A DNA stretch of 64,000 nt from Antedon mediterranea (Eukaryota > Animalia > Echinodermata), in contig NC_092674.1 of the NCBI RefSeq assembly GCF_964355755.1, positions 30,876,001 through 30,940,000 of the forward strand, read 5' to 3'. This document shows positions 36,892 to 50,000 of this stretch, piece after piece. The notes beneath the pieces were generated by a model that saw nothing but the letters and a program-made list of their open reading frames with translations, searched no databases and was not told the DNA's origin. Positions within the stretch are counted from its first letter, which is position 1. Each line of letters opens with the position of its first letter. Position numbers and translations under genes: made by a program.

Positions 36892-38042
36892 TAATAGCAA
36901 TGCTATTTAACTTTACAACATGGGGATCGGCCAAGGGAGCCACATAGTGTCCAATCACTTCACACCTTCCAACTGATTATCTCATAGGTATGTGTGCTAT
37001 GCATCAATTAAACAGTAAAGTACAGCGTTTTTAAACATCTGTAGTGTTAATATTATAAACTTTTAATCACTCTATGAGATATTGGAACTTCTACCTTTCT
37101 GTAGAAAAGAGATTTTCCTTTTTTTTTGTAAATTGTATTTCCGTAACTAGTATTTATATCTCCAAGTCTGTTAGTGTATGTCATGACCTTGATAAACTGA
37201 AAATACCCCTTGATCTCCCAGGGGAAAGCATATTGATATGAAAAGTTCCTTTAGCACCCTTTCACCATCATGGAGCGATCCGTCAACCAGACCCTTACAT
37301 GGGCACACCCAGAAATATCACCATCATCATTTCTTTTTGTGTATTTCCATGTATTTATCCATGTCTGTGACTGAGTTTCCATATTCAATAACTACAAACA
37401 TTCCGTAGAGATGACTTACACTAAAGTATATTGGTTTAATCATGTTTGCATCCTAGAAAATTGTCAATAACTCAAAACAGATAAATTTATCCGAGTTAAT
37501 CTGATATATTATTTGTTTCCTGATCTGTCATAATTCAAGGTAATGCATAAAAGAGATAAAACATTGACTTAGTTCACAAACACATGGAAAGGATTTTAAA
37601 ATCTCAAAATAAAAACAAATATAACTTATTCATACATCACCAAGTGATATAATGTTCCGTCTCGGAAACCCTGTCGACATTCACACTGCTTCCCCATACA
37701 TCTTATCCCTACTGGTGACTGGCTATGATTCATGCATCCCATCTTTAACATGAGTACTGTTAGTTGGAACAGCAGTTGAACGAAGGCCTAGTTTAATAGA
37801 CAAGCTTTATTGGTTGGTTTGTGTTGGGTTATCACAGGGTGGTATGTAACAGTAGCCGGCTACAGTACTTCACAAATTAACCAACAATTTTAGGCCAACT
37901 TGCCAGGACCCGATTGATGACGTTGAGTATAACAGCAGGTCCTTTCCTCCAATCTCCTCTTGGAATCCACACATCTAGGCCTAGAGACAGGAAGTTTGAT
38001 TAGGAAATTGTTTATTTGTTGAGTGGATTACGTTGGAACAAG

Positions 38043-41000
38043 ATGTTGAGGATACTACGGGAGGTGTGCCCATGTGGGAGCCGATCCTTTGGTATGTTAT
38101 TTCAGGCTTCATTTTTATTGTTATTTTGTACACTTTATCTCGTCAGGTGTGGCTTTTCCTTCCTTCAAGTCTGTATTCCACAGTTTAATTCATAAAATCT
38201 ATGATATTTGTATATAAAGTATACTAATGCAACTGTTGTAGCAGTATTTTTATTTTAATAATAACAGCCATGACTAAAGTATAGTCAGTATTGTTTCATC
38301 TTTGAATAGTTTAGTAACCAAATTTCAGGGGCCAAAATAGTATTTAAACTAAAAATGTAATTGATAGAAAATAAATGCAATTTTTTCAATTTTCATGTCA
38401 ATCAGTAGCATATTCTGAAATTAATCCAAATTCAAAATATAGACTTAAATATAGGCCTACTTTATTAAAATTATTCATATAATTAATTTCAATCTTGCAT
38501 AAAACAGAACCCATAAATCCTTTTTAAGCGTGCTCATCCCTTTGATTTAGTTTCTACACGAATTCTCAATCAATCAATCCACATTTGTTTGTAATTAGTT
38601 TTCAAAGGGCCTGTTTCTGCTGCATAAAAATAACCGGTTAAAATCGGTGTGAATAAAATAAAATCGGTGTGAATAAATTAACTCCATTTTCTTGGCAGCA
38701 GAAACAGGACAAATTTGTGGTAACCGGTTAAAAGGCAGCGCAAAATAACCGGTTAAAAACACCAATTTAAATCGGTGTTAGAACGCCGTTTAACCGGTTA
38801 TCGCTGAGCAATTCTTAGCTGCAACACGAAATAACGGTTATTTGATTGACAGTTGTGACCCCGGGTCAGATACCGTCGCATACGGTGTGTGTTTTCCTCG
38901 TGGTTTTGACAGTCGAACGAAGAAGTGAACATGTATGTGGATGAATGAAATCACAAGATATGTTATTCAGTTGTGGAGGGAGAGAAAGTACGGGGAAGGA
39001 TGGCAGGCAATAGAAAAGAATCACAGATAATAAATAAGAGCATTTTTGCGAAAGTAAAAGAGGAATTTGGGGTGGAGTTCCGGGGACTACCCAAGCTAAG
39101 CAATTTGAGGCGTTAGTACACGCTCGCGAAGGGTATGGATGGTCCTATATTAACACCAAAGCGGAAACAAAAGGGACTCAAAATGTTGCAAATACCTACC
39201 AAACGATAGTAGATAATGGTTAATTAATTATGAAAACCCAAATTTTATAGCAAAAATCATCCGAATTTATGTTATAAACGATGAATTTAGCAACAAAAAC
39301 TTAATCCAAACGAGCGTATTTATGGCACGCCCTTAGTGCCTTTAATAGGAGAACAATGAACAATCTTAATTTGATCGTTTTATAAAATTTTTTTAGAAAA
39401 ACATCACATCGACCGAAAACAAAGGTTATGAGAGCCTTTGATAATATATTAAATATGATTTTATTAAGCATAGAAATGTGTTATTATTTATGTTCGTACA
39501 TAATACTGTATTATGCGAAACAATGTTTAATACTCATTATTCTATTAAAGGCACTATGTGCGTGCGATATTCTATGACTTGGATACTCTCGTTTGATTTA
39601 AGTTTTTGTGGCTAAACTCGTCGTTTTTAACACAAATTCGGATGATTTTTGCTATAAAGGTTAGGGTTTCATGAATCATAATTAATTAACAATTATCTAC
39701 TCTCGTTTGGTAGGTATTGCAACATTCTAAGTCTCGTTTTTGTTTCCGTTTGGTTTTTTGTAGGACCGCGCTCGCGAAAGACAACAGTCGTTCACGTGGT
39801 AAGGGCCGTATCATCATCGCCTTTGTTGATGAATTTTAGGCTAGATAAAAATTATCCTAGGCGATCGGGCACTGCACGACCCTCCCCATGTTATTGAAGG
39901 CGCCATGAGAATTAATTTTATTAGCGATCAGTAAGTAGGCTTTACAAAAAACAAAACTTGTAGACCTGTAGACAACATTTTATTATTTTAACATGTTTGA
40001 GATGTTCGGCGATATACACACGTGTGTACTGACGACGTCGATGTAAACAAACAGCCAACTTACTACTTCCGTCTGAGTGTATTGAATTTTGGGTAATGAT
40101 GACGTTTTGCTCGACGACCACCCATAGATTTAACCGGTTATTTCGGAGCACAAATTGAGCAGAAACGCGGTCTTGTTATTGTTATCTATTTTTAATCTAT
40201 TTTAAAATAACCGGTTAAATTGCGTTATGCAGCAGAAACAGACCCATAAGCTCCATTTTATGTTTTCATAATGAAAACAAATGCTTCATGTTACCTGACC
40301 TACATACACTGCACTATTAATCAGATGAAAACGGCAGACTACTGTATCTAAAAGTGTCTAGTAACTCCTCTACCATCCCTTGCTTTTTGATAAATCTGGG
40401 ACATACAGTAGGATTTTTATTATGCCACAGATTGAATAACTGTACCAAAAAGGTTGCGAGTAATTGTTTAATTGAATGCATTTTCATTATTTAGCCAAAT
40501 GGGGAATTTTTTTATTGAAAAAAAAAAGGGTTTTTTTTTGTTTACACATGCATCAGGTTTTTAATGGGAATTGAGTGTTAACAACCTAGATAGTAGTACA
40601 ATTAACATAAGATAGATATCTAATTTGGTGAATAATAGAACTAGTAAATTACACCATTATGGACAAAATAACTTATATACTTATTTCTCCATGGTTACAC
40701 CTACTCATTACCTAACCAATTAATGGAATATGATTTCATGATCAATACAATTTTAATAGTTAATTCCTAGATTTACATTATTTTCCTGTCTGTGTGTAAA
40801 TCAATGAATGTTTTATAGCCACTTATGTTTGAGTTAGAAGGTAATAGTGATATTAAATTCCCTACTTAGGGGTTACAAATTTCATTAAATTACACCATAG
40901 TATCTGCTTCCTTCCTTCTATCCTTTATCTTTGCTTTTTATAGCTTTGTCTACACTATCATATCAAACTTTATGTGCCCATATATGGACATGATGATGTC

Positions 41001-44000
41001 ATATCACTACCATATTTGAAGACATCACTATCATATTGGGACACATCAAACTAGTTTGCTTGAGCTTAACAAATGAAACTACTCATATCAGTTATACTCT
41101 CCAAGTATTTGTTCTATTTATAGATTTATATTTCTAGCAGCACTATGTGTATTATTTTTATGTACTCACTATCTCTTGTTTATGATAATTAGAATTTTAA
41201 CAAAAATTCTGAAATAAATTTAATTTGTATGAGAGGCTCTTTTAAATTAAGAATAAATGATGTGCTTTCGTTGAGTCAGTTAATTGGGCCCAATCAGTTG
41301 CATAATATATAATGGCTTGAAGGAGTTATTAGTGTATTTCATGCCTGGCTTACCGTACCTGGATAAACCGACAATAGACAATTCTAGTCTTACTGTAGTC
41401 CTAGTATGTATACTGTACTGTAATGGGATTGGTTTATTTATTAAATATACATGTGTGAATATCTGTACTGGCAGTCAATTTGGATGGAACAGTGGAATGT
41501 TTTATTTGGAGGTACAGTAAAAAACTTGATTTTGATCATTTCAATTGGCGGCCAAATTGTCAATTTCTACTAAAGTGGGTGAGGCCACCACTATCTGAGA
41601 GCACAAGGGTATAGTGGCTGAAGGTGTAGCACTTAACATCAACACTTTACTTCAGGGGCTAAGGGGAAATACAGTGTTAGGAATTCAGATGATGTATAGA
41701 CTCATTGATATTAAAACTTTCACTCTCAAAAAGTGTGACACCTTGTCCAAATTGAATCTCATCCAAATTGAATCTCATCCATGTTCAATTTTAATATTTA
41801 TTTCCCGGGCATGTTGACATCGAAAGGAAGAATAAAATCTACTGCCGTGACAGTTGACAGGAGTTTGTTTCTCACTTGATAGTCCAAGGGTGCTAAACAA
41901 TATGACTAACTTATCATGGAATTTTAAATAGCCAGCTTGTTAATTCTATCAAGACAGAAGATGTTGTCTATAAGAACTATAAATTATTAAAACTCAAAAA
42001 ATGTGATTGAATCTCAAAATCTAGACCAATTTAAAACCACACTAAAAAGCACTGGTCTAACCACCCGTTAAAATACAGCTCATTTGAATCAAAGAAGAAT
42101 ATGTTCTGGTCACTAGGGACACAGAAGCATTAATGCTTAAAGTTAAAGTCTCAAAATTCAGGTAGATCCAGGTAGAAGAAGACAGTGTACAGAATATTGT
42201 GTGTTTGTTTACTAACTGTATAATATAAAACTGTGTACCATACTTTATCAATTCCTTTTTTATATTTTAATGATTGTCAGTGTCAAAGCTGTAATAAATA
42301 TTGATTTTGAGAGAAGATATTGATTTGGCAACAAACTATAAACAATAATGACATGTCAGTTTCATCACATATCTTAGACAATGTAATATAGCAGCAACAT
42401 TTTTGTGGCATGCATTAACACCCATGGGTGTGTCCATTGGTAAATTGGCAACAATTACAGTTGTGTACTGTGTTTGGAGGCTGCTTAACATAGCTAGCAC
42501 ATCATAGAAAAATAATTGATTTTTTATTTCAAAATACAGTCAAAGTTATAATATAGCAATATTTGTGATATCGTATTTACTTTTATAATGATTATGTATA
42601 CCTGTGTTATGCTATTTTTGGTTGGCTTTAGTGGAGTTTGCTCTTTTGTGTTTGGATATTTGGTGAGGAGAATGTACTACTGTATTACTACTATTTGTTA
42701 GGTTTTTGTCTTAAATTGACTTGTTTTCATTAGCATTAAACTGTAGAATGAATGTGGATCCTTCGTCATTTTTTCCCCTGAATCTCAATTTTTTTTTAAT
42801 AGTTTTTGTTTCCATCCAGCTAAATTAATCAACTTTAATAGCAACAATATGCATTATCACTTCTCACTAGATTATACTAAGAAATGATATGCTGTCTGCA
42901 CATTGTTTGTTAATAAAAAAAAATATACATTTTGTTATCATCACAATTTATTAATATTTCAATATATTTTGCTTTATTATTTTTCAAATTAATATTGGAA
43001 TAAGTGTTTGCTAACATAATAAAACTGATATTAAGTAAATTACCTTGAGATTAGTTCACAAGTAACTGTTGGCTTATAATAATATTATTTTATTATCTTT
43101 TAATGTTTGTTTATTGTCGTTGGCATGGGAATGAAGAAATACAATGAAACTTTTCTTTTTGCTAATAATACAAGCTTTATTTATAGAATTATTTCATACG
43201 TAATAATAATAATATTTACAAAGAAAATTTGTTGTACCAATACTATTTTTTTTGGAATTAACAAATAATAGATATTGTTTATATTGCACAGTTAGCAGAT
43301 AGAGGATCTTTATATCAACACTTTAATTTATCTTACTGAATATATTTATATTATTATTATTGTCATGTTATCATTTCACAATTTTTTATTTCAAGTGTTA
43401 TTATTATCGTGTATTTCATGCCTAGCTTACCTGGATAAACCGACAATAGCCTATATTATATAACACCTATATAAATTCCTGTCATTTGATTGGACGAATG
43501 TGGGTCACATGGCGTGCAATAGTACGCACTATTCAACGATCGTTAAATAGTACTTTTTGAAACATTTTTGTGTACGAAAAAAAAAAAACGTCTAGATGTT
43601 ATATAAAACAAATAATGAATGTTTTGTATTCGTGTAATGGTACAAATAATGGCACTTGGTGAATGATGAAAGGTTATATCAACTCGGCTTTGCCTCGTTG
43701 ATATAACCTTTCATCATTCACCTCGTGCCATTATTTGTACCATTGCACTCATAAACATTCATTATTTGTATACTATGTATTCAATTAAAAGTTCCTACTG
43801 TAGCAAACAGATGCTAAGCTTACTGTACTAGCGAAGATATACATCGACTTATAAGTGAGCATATTCGACATTGTGTTACTGTATCTCTAGTGAGAAACAT
43901 ACATGGTTTTTTGATCTGTTAAAAAATTGGAATCCTGGAATTCCAATTCATGGAAATTCAATGTTTTTTACTATTATCATTATCAAGTCCAATGATAGGT

Positions 44001-47000
44001 CTGCTTTTATACCTAATAATAATAATAATATTTTTATAATATTTTCACTTTCAGAATCGAGCCAAAGGCGAGGAATAGATGAAAAGATTCCAGAAACTCG
44101 GCATTTACTAACAACCCAACAGAGTACATCGTCGTTCCAAGCCTCAACTCCAGTCATGGCCACCGCCGCCATCAGCGAGGGTTCTTTTAAACACGTTGAA
44201 CCACGTACACCGGTAACTCCTACTGATTTAGACCTTAGTGACACCCATGAAGGACCATCGTCACCTACGTCACCAATGAGTGACACAAATAGACCGACGT
44301 CACCTGAAGGTCTTCTTAGTGATGAAGAAGACATGGAAGGACTAGGTTTGTGTTATTGTAATCCATAAAGCGTTTTTCACACCAGTGCTCCAGCATGGTT
44401 CCAGTCCGCCTCCGGAAAATCGAATGTAAATGTTTCGTTTTCACGCATCTATGTGCATATCAACTGGAGCATTACACATGGAGCGTTGTAAAAACGAAAC
44501 ATTGGTACTTAATTTGCCGGACTGGAACTGGTGTAAAAGACCCTTTAAATAAGGATATATCTCTCTACAACTCTTGGCCAGATGGCCAAATTGTGTTTTA
44601 AAATGTACTATACTATTGTTATTATATTATATATTGCTAAAGCTTTACTTTTAGTAATGTAAATAAAATCTTTTCCTTGTGTGGCTGGAGGTTAATTCTT
44701 ATAATTTAAAATGAAGCAGATCGAGCTATTCCTTAATTAGAGAATTTAATATAACTGTCTTTAACCCCAACACAGTGTGTAATAGTACCCATGAGCGTAA
44801 ATAGATACCTAATGTATGTAAATACCATCCTTTATTTCAAATAAAAACATCTAATAAACATCCCGGGGGGGTCACTTGTATATAAACCAAACGGGGGGGG
44901 GGGGGGGGGGTTAGGGTGCAGCAGCCACTTCAAGACATGAGGCACTTGCGCTACCTGTTTTACTGAAAAATACTACGGACTTGAACTACCATTTACCAAA
45001 ATCCAGTGTTCTCTAAAAAGACGGCAGAAAGAAGGCTCACAGTTTGGAGGACCAAGCATATGCAGGGCAAAACAAGACAACAAATACAAAACACTTAAAA
45101 CATCGAACATAAATGCTTTCCTTATTTTGGTTCTAAAACTAGTGCCTAACTGCAATATAAATGTCAAGACCAAGTGTTATCATTTATTGATATTTGACTT
45201 AAAATGGGTTACACAGACTTGTACAGCCTAGTGACTAATACTATACTTAGTTCCTTGATAAACACATGAGTTGTCAAAAATGCTGTGTATGTTAAGCCGT
45301 TGCCAGGATACATTGATTTGTTGCCATAGTAATGTTCATTCAACATAATGGAGTGATTAAAATAGAACAGCTCCCTCAGTAGTTCAATAATTTCTTAATA
45401 AGTTTTTTATTATTTGATGGAAAATGTATGAAATTTATTTTTTGTTTTAAAAACATGATCAAACAAAGTCTAAAATGTAAGAAAGTTTGAAATATAGATA
45501 AAATAATGTTGGTGAAAAAATAAAATAAATGGCAACAGATACCAAAACAAATTTTGATTTTAAAATTCATATTTTGTTGAGTCTCTTTAACATTACACTG
45601 CAAGATTCTCTTGAAGCATTGATATCACAGACCATAAATTACATTGTCTGCTGTTCTAATAATTGTATTAGTATTCCTTTTCAAGATTTCAAAAGGTGTT
45701 TTATACCGCATTGAATAAAACGAAATTCTAAATGCATGATTCATTTACTTAGTAATACCACAAGTTGTTACTTAAATAATTAAAATAGGTAGTAGTAGTA
45801 GTAGTTACACAGTATTCATGTTTTTAGATCAGATCAGAAAAAGATCAGATGATATTAATAAATAATAGTGATATGATTTCAATTTCAGTAAATTAATTAA
45901 AATTTTAAATGCATGATTCATTTAGTTTGCTAATACCACAAGTTACTTAATATGTAGCTAAACAGTATTCCTGTTTTTATATACAGGCCTATCAGATGAT
46001 ATTAATAATGATATGATTTCATTGTCATGGTCGTTTTTCTATAATTTACAATTTATTTAATAATTATTATGATTAATAGTTTATGTTTATTTATTATTCC
46101 TATCTTGTTTCAAATTCTATTTCAACACACTTTTTTCGTGATAATACATCATAGCTTTGATTGATTGATTGAATTGATTGATTGAAATAAATATTTATAC
46201 TGGGTAACCTCTTCAGTCAAAGACTGGTCTCCCAGGGGGCCCAGTTGGTGATCAGTGGCTGGGATGTACTAATACACCGGGGTAACCCCCTACTCGTCTC
46301 GAAAGATTTACTAGGTTAGACTTTAAAGTGCACACGAGCTAGATGTGTACACTGGACCTACGGTTTATAGTCCTTATCCGAGAAGACTCGTTTTACCACC
46401 AGAACCATGGAGTGAGTGAGCCTCGAACCCCTGCCGATGTTATGGCTACGTAATTACGGTTCCACTTTCTTAACCGCTTGACCACTCACTCACTCATAGC
46501 TCATTAAAACCATAGCATGCACTTAAACCTGGGCTGCTGCATTGTCCTCATATCATACTATTTGTTCATTCATCTATACTTCACAGTAAACAAAATTGCA
46601 TTGTCTTTCCACTTGAATGCATCAACGACAGGTTGCTATACCTATTGTACTTTTCTCTAGAATTGTGCGAAATTGTAATTGTTAACCTGGCAACCAACTG
46701 TTGCCAGACTCACTCAACATTTTACCACCCAATTATAAATTACAGTACTGTATATTATACAAATAATGAATGTTTATGAGTGTAATGGTACAAATAATGG
46801 CACGAGGTGAATGATGAAAGGTTATATCAACGAGGCAAAGCCGAGTTGATATAACCTTTCATCATTCACCAAGTGCCATTATTTGTACCATTACACGAAT
46901 ACAAAACATTCATTATTTGTTTTATATAACATCTAAATAAATTCTAGTTATTTGAAAAAGTACTATTTAACGATCGTTGAATAGTGCGTACTATTGCACA

Positions 47001-50000
47001 CCATGTGACCCACATTCGTCCAATCAAATGACAGGAATTTATATAGGTGTTATATAAAAAGTATTATTAACTATTTTTTTACCATGTAATAAATAACAAA
47101 TATTTAGAAGTGTTTTACTGGTTCATTTTGTAAATGTATTTCTAAAATAATTTAATGAAAAAAGGTAAATCAACGATCTAATTCATATTACAATATTGCT
47201 TGATGATTTTATTTGTCAATTTCACACTAATAAGACACAAAATATAATTTTATTTCATTTTTAGATGATGGTAGAAAAAAGAAAAGATTCAGACCCTTCA
47301 AATCAATACGTAAACTGTTCAAGAAAAAACGAACATCAAAACCTGAGGATGACTTGGATGGTGTACGATCTAAATCAACGGGAGAATTGAATCTGTCTGA
47401 CTTAGAAGAGAGAATGTTTGATCCAAAGTAAGCCAATTAGGATCTATCAGCTCTCATTATTTAGTAACTTTACCGTTTGAGAGTAAGACTACACCAACTA
47501 CTCTTCACTTCCTCCTGTCTTGCTCATCCTGTTCCTCAAACCAACTTTCCTACTTTCTTTCTTCACCATATCTTTCCACATCGCCTTTGACCATCCTCTT
47601 TCTCTTCTACCTCCAACTAAATGCCAAGCTCTCCTTACTGGTTCATCTTTTCTTTCTTAGTCCTATCCATCTCAAGCTACTCCAATGATTTTTTCACTCT
47701 GACCTAGACATTTCATGACCTTCTTTGTAACATTTCTCCTTTCTATGCCGGAATGATTTATTCTTTATTTTGAATTCTAGAGAAACTTCCGCAAACATGA
47801 TGAGCAGTCGATCTGAAAGCAGTGTTTACGTTCCAGATCAACCTTCAATACGTAGCGAAGAAACCTCAAAGTCTACCGAACATATATCTAAAGATTTTGC
47901 AAAAGATCTCTCAGCAATGTTAGCTAGAAGGAAAAGCCCAGATAAGGCTGCTGTCGCTGTACATACCTCACAAGATGATATGGAAGAGGAACCGATTAAG
48001 AAGATGATGCAACCAAAAGAGGAAGCAGTTAGGAAGACGATGCCATCAAAAGAAAAAAGTTTTGATGATACAGATGTGAGTATTACCTTGCCTACCTAAG
48101 CTAGGGACCTGGGTTCAAATCATTTCTAAAGCTCTGTCTACACTATCAAACTTTTTCGACAAAAAAAGTGTGATGTGCCCAAATATGATAGTGATATGCC
48201 CAAATATGGTAGTGGTATGACATCATGATGATCATATATGGGAACATTACATTTTATTGTCACATAAAGTTTGATAGTGTAGACAGAGCTTTATTGCATA
48301 CTTCAGCTCAATACTTTATAGGTGGAAAAGCCTCATGTTTCTTTTACAGTATTTAATAGTTGAGAATATTCAGGGACAAAGAAAAAAAACAAATTTAAAG
48401 AACACTACATAAATGCATAGCAATATGGTCACCCATGATTGGTCAACTACCCTGCATGGGTCACCCATGATTGGTCAACTACCCTGCATATATTTTATGT
48501 GTGCTATGCATCTTGTGGAATGTTTGTCTTGAATGTACAGTATTGCCAAGCAAAGCAATGCTAAGCCATTTTAAAACCCTTTCACAGGGTCAACATCAGC
48601 ACCAGTGTATAGGTGTGCGTATCAGTGTAAACTCCAGAATTTTTTTTATGGGTATAAAATAACAACAAAACAAAACATGTTTATTTATCTCATCTCAGAG
48701 TTGTATAAATTATAAAGATTGACAAAATCTATTTTTATTTATTAATATAAGTTCAATGCCAAACAAGATTAGTATCAAAACAAAACTTACCAACATCAAC
48801 AATTCATTGTTACTGGTACTTTATGCATTTCAAATATGATTTGAATATTACCTGTAGTTAGATAGGAATATACGCAATAATGTGATGGTGTTTTGCACGT
48901 TAGGTAAACGACGGAAAGCTGAAAGAACCCACGGCAGCCCGCAGAGTGGTAAATTTAGTTTTTTTTTACAAACCTTCTCTTTTTTTATAGTAAAATATTT
49001 TCTTCTTGGTGGCTATTTAGATTACTAACCTGGTTTAGTTGATTAATTACATTGGTTTCAGAGATTGTGATGTAGTAGTACAGATAATATTCATGTACCA
49101 ATATACAATAGGATCAACTGAAATACACTGGTCGTGATGCTTTAAGCTCTCTACACTATCAAAATAGTTCGACAACGTGTGATGTGCCCAAATATGGTAG
49201 TGATATGCTGAAATATTGTAGTGAAATGACATCATCATATCTATGTATGGGCACATCACATTTTTTGTCACATAAAGTTTGATGGTGTAGATAGAGCTTA
49301 ACAGTAATTAATTAAATGATTAACCTTCTACTTGATTTTTTATCAAAATGATTATGTCTCAGCTTCTGTAACGATCACCATTATCATCAGCATACATTGC
49401 TTCATTCAATATTTATACTATAGCACTTTTACTAATAAAAATAAAGTCTTCTGATTAATTTTTTCATTTCTAATAAATGAATTATCTGCGTTATCCTAGA
49501 AACTAAAAATAGTTCCATCTAAATGAAATGTGTTTTTCTATTTCTCACTCTCAACAGTAACAATACAGGATAAATCCAATAAATTAATACTATTCAATGC
49601 AATTTGTTCTTTCATCTGTTTTCACATAGGTATACAATGGATTGTGAGATAATAAATGGCTATAGAACCCATTCCATAGGCCAATCACATGCCCCTCTCC
49701 ACCTAAATTGTAACTGCAGTGTAAAAAAACAAGGCATTGGGTTAAATACAGCACTTCATTTTACAATGTTAGTCCTACAGGACGTCCTTTCCAACCACCC
49801 ACGCGTCTCACTTTCTACATGGCTTCTCTAGCCTTTGTTTAGTCTTATATCACACCCTTTCTGTAATACTGCACACTATCTTTTACCTCCTTTCAACCAG
49901 CCTCTGCTATTTTACATATCTCACTTTCTACACATCCTCTGGTTAGGTTTTCTCTCACACCCTTTCTATATTATTGTACACTATATCCTTCAATAATGTT

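Noticed and set aside
43948-44334. 128-aa minus-strand ORF
   Set aside because: Antisense shadow of the Ser/Pro/Thr-rich CRACD-like exon.
44863-44920. Poly-G tract as a functional G-quadruplex
   Set aside because: More likely a homopolymer within a decayed repeat end. Its length is unreliable and nothing else supports a function.
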